This document shows positions 1 to 5,866 of a DNA stretch of 64,000 nucleotides, in pieces (position 1 is the stretch's first letter; every line of letters begins with the position of its first letter). A program made the translations under genes and the position numbers. Under the pieces are notes generated by a model, which worked only from the letters and a program-made list of their open reading frames with translations, did no database searches and was not told the DNA's origin. Location: IMG/VR virus record IMGVR_UViG_3300022602_000025, one strand, 5' to 3'. The stretch is from a virus (lineage: Duplodnaviria > Caudoviricetes).

Positions 1-175
1 GGCTTCTTCGAAGGGCCGAGGTAGTAGAAGGTAAACGGGTTCAACTCCCGGCCGCCCGGAAGGACGGAAGCAAACAGGTTGCTAAACTGGACTAGTATCC
101 CAAGTGACGTACCGAGTCCTAGCCGGCCTTGATAAATGGGTGAATGGTTCCTATAACGATGGTGGAACTACTGAC
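1..175 (+). ncRNA. Candidate structured ncRNA, probably truncated by the window start
   Basis: No convincing ORF. Hairpins include a T-arm-like CGGG-TTCAACT-CCCG (36-50), GGACT/AGTCC, and GTAGTAG(21-27) pairing with CTACTGAC(168-175) with one bulge. Confidence 0.4.
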
Positions 176-188
176 AAATTCAATCTAT

Positions 189-265
189 GGTGTCCATAGT
201 GTAGTGGCTCTGCATACTTGTCTGTGAAACAGGTGGTACGGGATCGTAACCCGTTGGACACCCCA
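189..265 (+). tRNA. tRNA-His(GTG) with genomically encoded G-1 and CCA
   Basis: G-1, acceptor GTGTCCA/TGGACAC, C73, anticodon loop CT-GTG-AA, 3' CCA. Confidence 0.92.
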
Positions 266-275
266 AAAGTTTATT

Positions 276-294
276 CGGAGTGTAGCGCAGTCTG
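276..294 (+). pseudogene. 5' fragment of an interrupted tRNA-Pro-like gene
   Basis: CGGAGTG-TA-GCGC-AGTCTG is a typical tRNA-Pro 5' end. CGGAGTG pairs with TACTCCG of the orphan 3' half at 844-878. Confidence 0.75.
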
Positions 295-325
295 TTTGAG
301 AATATCTCGTTTTGTACGCTAAAAG

Positions 326-332
326 ATAAATA
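326..332 (+). promoter_or_regulatory. T4-like late promoter box ATAAATA
   Basis: ATAAATA 5 nt before the HNH ATG. The same box is at 7373, 8960, 31975, 44421, 48526, 52360, 55026 and 62349. Confidence 0.65.
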
Positions 333-337
333 AGTGT

Positions 338-772
338 ATGAAACATATAGACTGTCAATACTGTAGTAAAACAACTAACACTCAAAATATTAAACGGCAC
401 GAAGATAATTGTTATCTAAATCCAATTAATATTACAGAGTGTGTTGTATGCTCAACTCCTATCAAAGACTACAAGAACTCAAAAGGTACATGTAGTCGTA
501 GTTGTGCTAATAAGCATTTTAAGAGTGGTGAAAGTAACGGTAACTGGAAAGGTGAAAAATACCAATCAATCTGTTTCTTACATCATGAAAAGAAATGTGT
601 AGTATGTGGTGAGGACAAAATTGTAGCAGTACATCATTATGATCATAACCATGAAAATAATGATCCAAACAATTTAGTTCCATTATGTCCTACACACCAT
701 AGTTATGTTCATAGTCGTTATATTGGAGAGGTACAATCTATAATAGACGATTATGTTAAAACCCGTGTGTAG
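338..772 (+). CDS. HNH homing endonuclease with Cys-rich Zn-binding N-terminus
   Basis: CxxC pairs plus CVVCG...VHHYDHNHENNDPNNLVPLCPTHH HNH motif. The stop codon overlaps the 5' end of tRNA-Pro. Confidence 0.85.
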   Translation: MKHIDCQYCSKTTNTQNIKRHEDNCYLNPINITECVVCSTPIKDYKNSKGTCSRSCANKHFKSGESNGNWKGEKYQSICFLHHEKKCVVCGEDKIVAVHHYDHNHENNDPNNLVPLCPTHHSYVHSRYIGEVQSIIDDYVKTRV

Positions 773-839
773 CTCAGCCTGGTAGAGCTCTGCGTTTGGG
801 ACGCAGTGGTCGCATGTTCAAATCGTGTCACACGGACCA
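763..839 (+). tRNA. tRNA-Pro(TGG)
   Basis: Acceptor CCGTGTG/CACACGG, anticodon arm CTGCG-TTTGGGA-CGCAG, CCA. Confidence 0.92.
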
Positions 840-843
840 ATTT

Positions 844-878
844 AGGTGTTTAAGGTTCGAATCCTTGTACTCCGACCA
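844..878 (+). pseudogene. 3' fragment (T-arm, acceptor strand, ACCA) of the interrupted tRNA
   Basis: TAAGG-TTCGAAT-CCTTG-TACTCCG-A-CCA with no D or anticodon arm upstream. Complements the 276-282 acceptor strand. Confidence 0.75.
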
Positions 879-903
879 ATTTTATTTTTTTTAGGAGATA
901 GGC

Positions 904-927
904 ATGAAACGTTCAGGTAAACGTTAG
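904..927 (+). CDS. Mini-ORF MKRSGKR (possible leader peptide)
   Basis: AGGAGA Shine-Dalgarno at 893-898, then ATG AAA CGT TCA GGT AAA CGT TAG. Confidence 0.4.
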   Translation: MKRSGKR

Positions 928-988
928 TGTCAACCTTAACCCCGTATTGGTTCTGGTTGGCACATTAAATCAATTTAATTACGACCAA

Positions 989-1064
989 CCACTTGTAGCG
1001 TTAACGGTAGCGCACTTGACTCTTAATCAATGAGGTGTCAGTTCGAATCTGACCAAGTGGACCA
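989..1064 (+). tRNA. tRNA-Lys(CTT)
   Basis: Acceptor CCACTTG/CAAGTGG, loop CT-CTT-AA, T loop TTCGAAT, CCA. Confidence 0.9.
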
Positions 1065-1068
1065 ATGC

Positions 1069-1143
1069 GGGGGTATAACTTAACGGCTAAAGTAGTAGGC
1101 TTTTAACCTATTAATCAGGGTTCGATTCCCTGTGCCCCTACCA
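1069..1143 (+). tRNA. tRNA-Lys(TTT)
   Basis: Acceptor GGGGGTA/TGCCCCT, arm GTAGG-CTTTTAA-CCTAT, CCA. Confidence 0.9.
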
Positions 1144-1147
1144 TATT

Positions 1148-1272
1148 GAATCTTTATACACATGCACACTTGGACAAGGCCTTGTCTAGTTATGGTAAAC
1201 TGCCCCGGTCATTGGCCGGAACTGGTGAAGCAGGTTCAATTCCTGCGATAGTGTGCAGTTGTATACAGATTC
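1148..1272 (+). ncRNA. Candidate structured RNA with a long closing stem and a tRNA-like T-arm
   Basis: GAATC..TATACA..TGCACACT pairs with AGTGTGCA..TGTATA..GATTC. Internal GCAGG-TTCAATT-CCTGC and CCGGTC/GGCCGG hairpins. Confidence 0.55.
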
Positions 1273-1289
1273 TTAAAAAGGAGATTGAA

Positions 1290-1655
1290 ATGAGCTTGTA
1301 CAATATGCTATTTGGTGTAAACCCAAACTCAGATCAACTTCTGGGTATCCTGGGTTATACTCGTGGAGATTGCGGTCGTTTCCGTGATGTGTATGTCGAT
1401 GATGGTTTTATCGTTATTCATACTCGTAATGGCGGCGGTAACCGTGAAGACTACGAAGATGTCTTTGACATGATGTCAGAACATCCGTGGTATGAAAAAG
1501 ACGAAGATGACAGCTTTGACTGTACCTATGCCAACATCTACTTCCGTGTTCCGGAAGACAGGATGAAAACAATGGTAGCGTTACTTGATCAAGGTCATGA
1601 CCCTGCAACCGCATGGAAAGAATTGTTCGATCACATGCGAGCAGATGCAAAATAA
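1290..1655 (+). CDS. Hypothetical protein directly upstream of rtcB
   Basis: AAGGAG SD before ATG 1290. The ORF track's extension to 1146 overlaps the structured RNA. Confidence 0.7.
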   Translation: MSLYNMLFGVNPNSDQLLGILGYTRGDCGRFRDVYVDDGFIVIHTRNGGGNREDYEDVFDMMSEHPWYEKDEDDSFDCTYANIYFRVPEDRMKTMVALLDQGHDPATAWKELFDHMRADAK

Positions 1656-1664
1656 GGATACAAA

Positions 1665-2852
1665 ATGGAAAATGTAAAGATGTGGACAGGCGATATGGTT
1701 GTAGAGCGTGAAGCTCTTGACCAAATTCGCAACATCGCTAGCTTGCCAATCTTGGCAGGACACTTAGCGATCATGCCAGACGTCCACGCTGGTATAGGTG
1801 CTACAGTTGGTTCAGTAATTCCAACTCGTGGTGCTATTATTCCTGCTGCGGTAGGAGTAGACATTGGTTGTGGGATGTGTGCTGTTATGACAAACTTAAC
1901 AGCAGAAGACTTGCCAGATAGCTTGTTTGCTATGCGAAACGACATTGAACGATCAGTTCCTGTTGGATTCTCTGAACACAAACAAAGTTCTATCAAGGTT
2001 AAAGGTCACTATGCTGATGTACTGCGTAAAGCAGAAACAAAGTTGTTTCAACGCTGGGAAAAACTAGCATTGAAAGAAAAGTTAGGTCGTGCAGACCCTT
2101 ACAAGATTGCCAACCAAATTGGTACTCTTGGAGGTGGAAATCACTTTATTGAAATCTGTTTGGACTCTGAAAACCGTGTGTGGGTAATGTTACACTCTGG
2201 TTCTCGTGGTATTGGTAACCAAATTGGTAGTGTTGCAATCAACATGGCCAAGGAAGTTGCTATCCGTGAAAACCGTAAGTTAGTAGACAGTAACTTAGCA
2301 TGGTTGGACGAAGGTTCAGCTGAATTCAATTCCTACATCGAATCTATGCACTGGGCTCAAGATTACGCTATGCTTAATCGTGAGACTATGATGCAGATTG
2401 TGTTGGAAGGTTTACGTAAGCGTTTTACTAAGATGAAAATCTTAGGAGAAGTTGTAAACTGCCATCACAACTTTACTTCGTTAGAAAACCACTTTGACGA
2501 AGATGTGTGGGTAACTCGTAAAGGTGCCGTATCAGCTCGTGAGGGCCAAATGGGCATTATACCAGGATCAATGGGTGCTAAGTCATTCATCGTGAAAGGT
2601 AAGGGGAACCACGATTCATATTGTTCATGCTCACACGGGGCTGGACGCACAATGAGCCGTACAAAAGCACGTCAGTTCTTCAGTACTGAAGATCTTGTCG
2701 CACAGACCCAAGGCGTTGAGTGTCGTAAAGACCAAGACGTCCTTGACGAGATCCCAGGTGCCTACAAGGATATCGACGCTGTTATGGCCGCACAAACTGA
2801 TTTAGTGGATGTAGTTCACACACTAAAGCAAGTCTTGTGTGTAAAAGGGTAA
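1665..2852 (+). CDS. rtcB: RtcB RNA 3'-phosphate/5'-OH ligase
   Basis: Motifs PDVHAG, GVDIGCG, GTLGGGNHFIE, HSGSRG, CHHN and CSHGAGR (guanylylated His). Confidence 0.97.
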   Translation: MENVKMWTGDMVVEREALDQIRNIASLPILAGHLAIMPDVHAGIGATVGSVIPTRGAIIPAAVGVDIGCGMCAVMTNLTAEDLPDSLFAMRNDIERSVPVGFSEHKQSSIKVKGHYADVLRKAETKLFQRWEKLALKEKLGRADPYKIANQIGTLGGGNHFIEICLDSENRVWVMLHSGSRGIGNQIGSVAINMAKEVAIRENRKLVDSNLAWLDEGSAEFNSYIESMHWAQDYAMLNRETMMQIVLEGLRKRFTKMKILGEVVNCHHNFTSLENHFDEDVWVTRKGAVSAREGQMGIIPGSMGAKSFIVKGKGNHDSYCSCSHGAGRTMSRTKARQFFSTEDLVAQTQGVECRKDQDVLDEIPGAYKDIDAVMAAQTDLVDVVHTLKQVLCVKG

Positions 2853-2892
2853 GGCAAGGAACTCGTTTAGTGGGGTGTACGTAACACTCCAC

Positions 2893-2964
2893 ACCATATA
2901 CAAGCACATTGTTCGGCATGCTGGGCCCTAGGTATAACCTCCAGTCAGTGTGCTTATATATGGT
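2893..2964 (+). ncRNA. Long-stem element of the AAGCACATT/AGTGTGCTT family
   Basis: ACCATATACAAGCACATT pairs with AGTGTGCTTATATATGGT around a 36-nt insert with its own hairpins. Confidence 0.5.
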
Positions 2965-2992
2965 TGACAAAACCAAAAAGAGACAGTATAAT
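2964..2992 (+). promoter_or_regulatory. sigma70-type promoter
   Basis: TTGACA-17 nt-TATAAT. A near-identical copy lies at 5311-5339. Confidence 0.85.
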
Positions 2993-3016
2993 ATATACTG
3001 TTCTTTAAAAAATTGT

Positions 3017-3182
3017 CATTACTTGAAAACATTAGTAGGTATCGTGTATGGACGCATACACTAGGCGGGCTGGTCGGGCCATCGATCAGTCCTGAGAAAA
3101 CTAGGGCAATGGCTTAGGACTTCGTCGCGGAAGACTCCAAAATTCGCTTAACCTATAGGGTTATTAGTGTTTTCAATTAATG
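3017..3182 (+). ncRNA. Candidate multibranch ncRNA transcribed from the 2964 promoter
   Basis: TTGAAAACATTA/TAGTGTTTTCAA closing stem. Internal GTGTATG/CATACAC, GCTGGTCG/CGATCAGT and GTCCTGAG/CTTAGGAC helices. No ORF. Confidence 0.55.
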
Positions 3183-3256
3183 GTAATGTAGCATAATGGT
3201 AGTGCACCTCCTTCATACGGAGCCCAGTGAAAGTTCGACTCTTTCCATTACCACCA
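3182..3256 (+). tRNA. tRNA with CAT anticodon (elongator Met or Ile2)
   Basis: Acceptor GGTAATG/CATTACC, loop TT-CAT-AC, CCA. G1-C72 is paired, so not the initiator. Confidence 0.85.
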
Positions 3257-3262
3257 AACAAT

Positions 3263-3338
3263 GCGGATGTAGTTCAGTTGGTAGAATACATGCTTGCCAA
3301 GCACGAGGTCACGGGTTCGAACCCCGTCATCCGCTCCA
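3263..3338 (+). tRNA. tRNA-Gly(GCC)
   Basis: GCGGATG/CATCCGC, loop TT-GCC-AA, U73-CCA. Confidence 0.92.
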
Positions 3339-3344
3339 AATAAG

Positions 3345-3373
3345 TTGACTACAGCCTATAATGGCTGTATCAT
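3345..3373 (+). promoter_or_regulatory. sigma70-type promoter (leaderless gene follows)
   Basis: TTGACT-17-TATCAT, ATG after a 6-nt gap. Confidence 0.6.
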
Positions 3374-3379
3374 GGTTGA

Positions 3380-3991
3380 ATGAGAATTAGTAAATCAGAA
3401 ATTTTTCCAACTACGATTGTATCAGTAGATGTATCAGATTTTATCACTAAACAGGATCAACAGGATCTTATACGTGAGATTGATGCTATGTGTCAAAAAC
3501 CTGAGCTGTTACATCTAAATGATTTAGCACCTTTAGTACAGTCTAAACCATTTGTGTTTGGACATGATCAAAGTGCTGTGTGGTTAAAGTTGCGTAGGTC
3601 ATTCCAAATGGCTTGTGAAGCATACGTAAAGAATACTGCACAGTTTGTTACTAATCAGGAAGAATTATTTTTTACTACATGCAGAGCATGGTTTTATAAA
3701 AGCAATTCAGATGATCAGAAGAAGAGTGGTCAGCCTTGGCATAATCATAATCCATCATTTCTAAGTGGTGCGTTTTATTTGAAGATCCCAAGTGATGCTG
3801 AACCTGCAGGAACTGAGTTTTTAGATCCTAGGCATCCTTCTGCTCATAGAAATAAAACATATGAAATTGTTCCGTTAGAATTAACGTGGACAATATTCCC
3901 AGGATGGTTGAATCATCGTGCTGGTGTAATTACATCTAAAGATTATAGATACGTAATTGCCGCAGACAGCTACGTTGGTTTAGGAAGTTAA
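3380..3991 (+). CDS. 2OG-Fe(II) oxygenase (TIGR02466-like)
   Basis: HNH..SFLSGAFYL...GTEFLDPR...IFPGWLNHR pattern. Confidence 0.8.
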   Translation: MRISKSEIFPTTIVSVDVSDFITKQDQQDLIREIDAMCQKPELLHLNDLAPLVQSKPFVFGHDQSAVWLKLRRSFQMACEAYVKNTAQFVTNQEELFFTTCRAWFYKSNSDDQKKSGQPWHNHNPSFLSGAFYLKIPSDAEPAGTEFLDPRHPSAHRNKTYEIVPLELTWTIFPGWLNHRAGVITSKDYRYVIAADSYVGLGS

Positions 3992-3994
3992 TAT

Positions 3995-4070
3995 GCACGG
4001 TTCGTCTATCGGTTTAGGACACTGGCCTTTCACGTCAGTAAGACGGGTTCGATTCCCGTACCGTGTACCA
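3995..4070 (+). tRNA. tRNA-Glu(TTC)
   Basis: GCACGGT/ACCGTGT, arm CTGGC-CTTTCAC-GTCAG, CCA. Confidence 0.92.
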
Positions 4071-4076
4071 AGTTAT

Positions 4077-4167
4077 GGAAGAGCAAGCCAATTGGTGATG
4101 GCAGCTGTCTTGAAAACAGTCGAGCGTTAATAGCGCCTTGAGGGTTCAACTCCGTCCTCTTCCGCCA
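4077..4167 (+). tRNA. tRNA-Ser(TGA)
   Basis: GGAAGAG/CTCTTCC, loop CT-TGA-AA, long variable arm, G73-CCA. Confidence 0.92.
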
Positions 4168-4185
4168 AACATTAAGGAGAGCTGT

Positions 4186-4329
4186 ATGAACAAGCAAGAC
4201 GAAACGATTGCCAAAGCATACGGCAACATACCTAAGGAAGTTGGATACACTATTGATTTTTCATTTATTCCAACATGGAGAGGAATTAAGTACTACTGGT
4301 ATAAAGTAGTACGAAAAGTAACAAGATAA
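4186..4329 (+). CDS. Small hypothetical protein
   Basis: AAGGAG SD before ATG 4186. The track's upstream extension lies within tRNA-Ser. Confidence 0.6.
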   Translation: MNKQDETIAKAYGNIPKEVGYTIDFSFIPTWRGIKYYWYKVVRKVTR

Positions 4330-4337
4330 AGAATTAC

Positions 4338-4432
4338 GGAGAGTTGGGTGAGCTGGCTGAAACCACCTTCCTGCTAAGAAGACATACGGGCCAAAACCTG
4401 TATCGAGGGTTCGAATCCCTCACTCTCCGCCA
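4338..4432 (+). tRNA. tRNA-Ser(GCT)
   Basis: GGAGAGT/ACTCTCC, loop CT-GCT-AA, long variable arm, GCCA. Confidence 0.92.
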
Positions 4433-4440
4433 AAGTTTTA

Positions 4441-4554
4441 TGCTTGCTGAGTAGCTACACTGGAACACCGAAAAACTTGCCAAAGTCGACCAAAGCAAGG
4501 ACCGGCCAGGAAGAGAAGGGCTATCGTGGATTCAAGCGCCACAGCGAGCACCCA
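4441..4554 (+). ncRNA. Atypical 114-nt tRNA-like RNA (8-bp acceptor, T-arm, CCA, no normal anticodon arm)
   Basis: TGCTTGCT/AGCGAGCA + C + CCA. T-arm GTGGA-TTCAAGC-GCCAC. CTTGC/GCAAG stem with a 14-nt loop. Confidence 0.55.
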
Positions 4555-4558
4555 ATAT

Positions 4559-4638
4559 GGAACGGTGGCAGAGCATGGTCCAATGCAATCGCCTGCAAAG
4601 CGATAAAACCGTAGGTTCAAATCCTACCCGTTCCTCCA
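4559..4638 (+). tRNA. tRNA-Cys(GCA)
   Basis: GGAACGG/CCGTTCC, arm ATCGC-CTGCAAA-GCGAT, U73-CCA. Confidence 0.92.
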
Positions 4639-4640
4639 GT

Positions 4641-4779
4641 TTTGCTTATGTGCGTACGGTAACCCATATGTGATTAGCGAGTCGACCAAGACACTTGTTA
4701 ATGTACCTGATGTCCGTAGCAGGCTTGGCTACATGCCGGGCTCCGCACACGACTTGGAAATTGTGTAACGGTAAGCAAA
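4641..4779 (+). ncRNA. Candidate structured ncRNA between tRNA-Cys and tRNA-Trp
   Basis: TTTGCTTA/TAAGCAAA closing stem, GTGCG/CGCAC, GTAGC/GCTAC and ACACGA/TTGTGT helices. Confidence 0.45.
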
Positions 4780-4790
4780 TTCATTTTTAT

Positions 4791-4864
4791 GTCTCGGTAG
4801 TATAATGGCAGTACTGCGGTCTCCAAAACCGTTAGTGGGAGTTCGAGTCTCTCCCGGGACGCCA
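4791..4864 (+). tRNA. tRNA-Trp(CCA)
   Basis: GTCTCGG/CCGGGAC, loop CT-CCA-AA, GCCA. Confidence 0.92.
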
Positions 4865-4869
4865 AGTTT

Positions 4870-4968
4870 GCCCCTGTAGCTTAATGGTAAAGAAACGAGC
4901 TTATACCTCGTCATAGCACCGTCTAGATAAGGCGGAGTGTGGGGGTTCGAGTCCCTCCAGGGGCACCA
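4870..4968 (+). tRNA. tRNA with TAT anticodon (Ile AUA) and a 29-nt variable region
   Basis: GCCCCTG/CAGGGGC, arm ACGAG-CTTATAC-CTCGT, variable hairpin CCGTCT/AGGCGG, A73-CCA. Confidence 0.75.
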
Positions 4969-4970
4969 TT

Positions 4971-5045
4971 CGGGCTTTGGTGAAATGGATATCATTGCGG
5001 TCTTCGAAACCGTTGGTGTAGGTTCGATTCCTACAGGCCCGGCCA
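4971..5045 (+). tRNA. tRNA-Arg(TCG)
   Basis: CGGGCTT/AGGCCCG, loop CT-TCG-AA, GCCA. Confidence 0.9.
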
Positions 5046-5059
5046 AAGTTAAATTTAAT

Positions 5060-5134
5060 ACCCCTGTAGTATAATGGATAATACACTGGTCTACGAAGCC
5101 GGGGATTGTGGTTCGATTCCATACAGGGGTGCCA
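5060..5134 (+). tRNA. tRNA-Arg(ACG)
   Basis: ACCCCTG/CAGGGGT, loop CT-ACG-AA, GCCA. Confidence 0.9.
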
Positions 5135-5139
5135 TACAT

Positions 5140-5214
5140 GCGGCTATAGTATAACGGATAATGCAACGGTCTTCTACACCGTGAATGTGGGTTCGATTCC
5201 TGCTAGCCGCGCCA
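5140..5214 (+). tRNA. tRNA-Arg(TCT)
   Basis: GCGGCTA/TAGCCGC, arm ACGGT-CTTCTAC-ACCGT, GCCA. Confidence 0.9.
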
Positions 5215-5225
5215 AACAAAAGTAT

Positions 5226-5303
5226 GCCCCTATGGACAAATTGGTAAAGTCGGCTCTCTCAAAAGGAGCAGTTTTCTCTGTTCGAATCAGAGTAGGGGTA
5301 CCA
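5226..5303 (+). tRNA. tRNA-Leu(CAA) lacking the long variable arm
   Basis: GCCCCTA/TAGGGGT, Leu-type D loop AAATTGGTAAA, loop CT-CAA-AA, only about 6 nt variable region, A73-CCA. Confidence 0.8.
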
Positions 5304-5310
5304 AAACTAG

Positions 5311-5339
5311 TTGACAAAACCAAATAGAGACAGTATAAT
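5311..5339 (+). promoter_or_regulatory. sigma70-type promoter (leaderless gene follows)
   Basis: TTGACA-17-TATAAT, ATG after a 6-nt gap. Confidence 0.85.
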
Positions 5340-5345
5340 AATTGC

Positions 5346-5561
5346 ATGTATAAAGTTAATTGGAATGCTAGCGGTGTCGCTAGTGAGAAAGAAGTAGAGA
5401 ATTTGGATTCAGCGATGAGTTTCGCTAAAGAATTAAACTGTTTGGTTACTATAACAGGTAACGGAATGGAAATCGTTGGACTGTTTGGTTCGGACTCTGT
5501 CAAAGATGGCAAGTGTCCAGACGGTACTGACTACACTTGGATGAAGAGGAGAACCCAATGA
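5346..5561 (+). CDS. Hypothetical protein
   Basis: ORF starting at the predicted TSS, overlapping the next gene. Confidence 0.65.
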   Translation: MYKVNWNASGVASEKEVENLDSAMSFAKELNCLVTITGNGMEIVGLFGSDSVKDGKCPDGTDYTWMKRRTQ

Positions 5562-5866
5562 GCGGCGGACATTTCGACTATAAGCAATATAAAATTGGCT
5601 ACATCGCAGACGAAGTAGAGCAATTAATCATAGACAATGATAGTGATGAACGCAATGAGTGGGGTGACGTTAAAGGTTATCATTTTACGCCAGAAACTAT
5701 TGAGGAATTCAAAAAAGGGCTTACAATACTAAGGCAAGCACACATATACGCACAGCGTATTGATTGGTTGGTTAGTGGCGATGACGGCGAGGATAGTTTT
5801 CATAGACGTTTGAAACAAGAGTTGGAGAATTTAAATGCCGTGGATACAAAATATAGCGTTAGCTGA
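5558..5866 (+). CDS. Hypothetical protein
   Basis: GAGGAG SD before ATG 5558 (MSGGHFDY...). Confidence 0.65.
   Translation: MSGGHFDYKQYKIGYIADEVEQLIIDNDSDERNEWGDVKGYHFTPETIEEFKKGLTILRQAHIYAQRIDWLVSGDDGEDSFHRRLKQELENLNAVDTKYSVS

Noticed and set aside
50-80. SRP RNA helix-8 resemblance (CCGGAAGGACGGAAGCA)
   Set aside because: Only a partial match, without the expected symmetric and asymmetric loop context.
180-400. Minus-strand ORFs 180-374 and 185-400
   Set aside because: Antisense to tRNA-His, the tRNA fragment and the HNH start, with no SD or protein motifs.
1146-1289. TTG-started N-terminal extension of the ORF before rtcB
   Set aside because: It overlaps a strongly paired RNA element, and a clear SD precedes ATG 1290.
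4441-4554. tRNA-Sec or tmRNA assignment
   Set aside because: No UCA anticodon, no G73, no G3.U70 pair and no tag ORF. Kept only as an atypical tRNA-like RNA.
4438-5512. ORFs of 60-145 aa on both strands across the tRNA array
   Set aside because: They overlap well-formed tRNA genes and are shadow ORFs.
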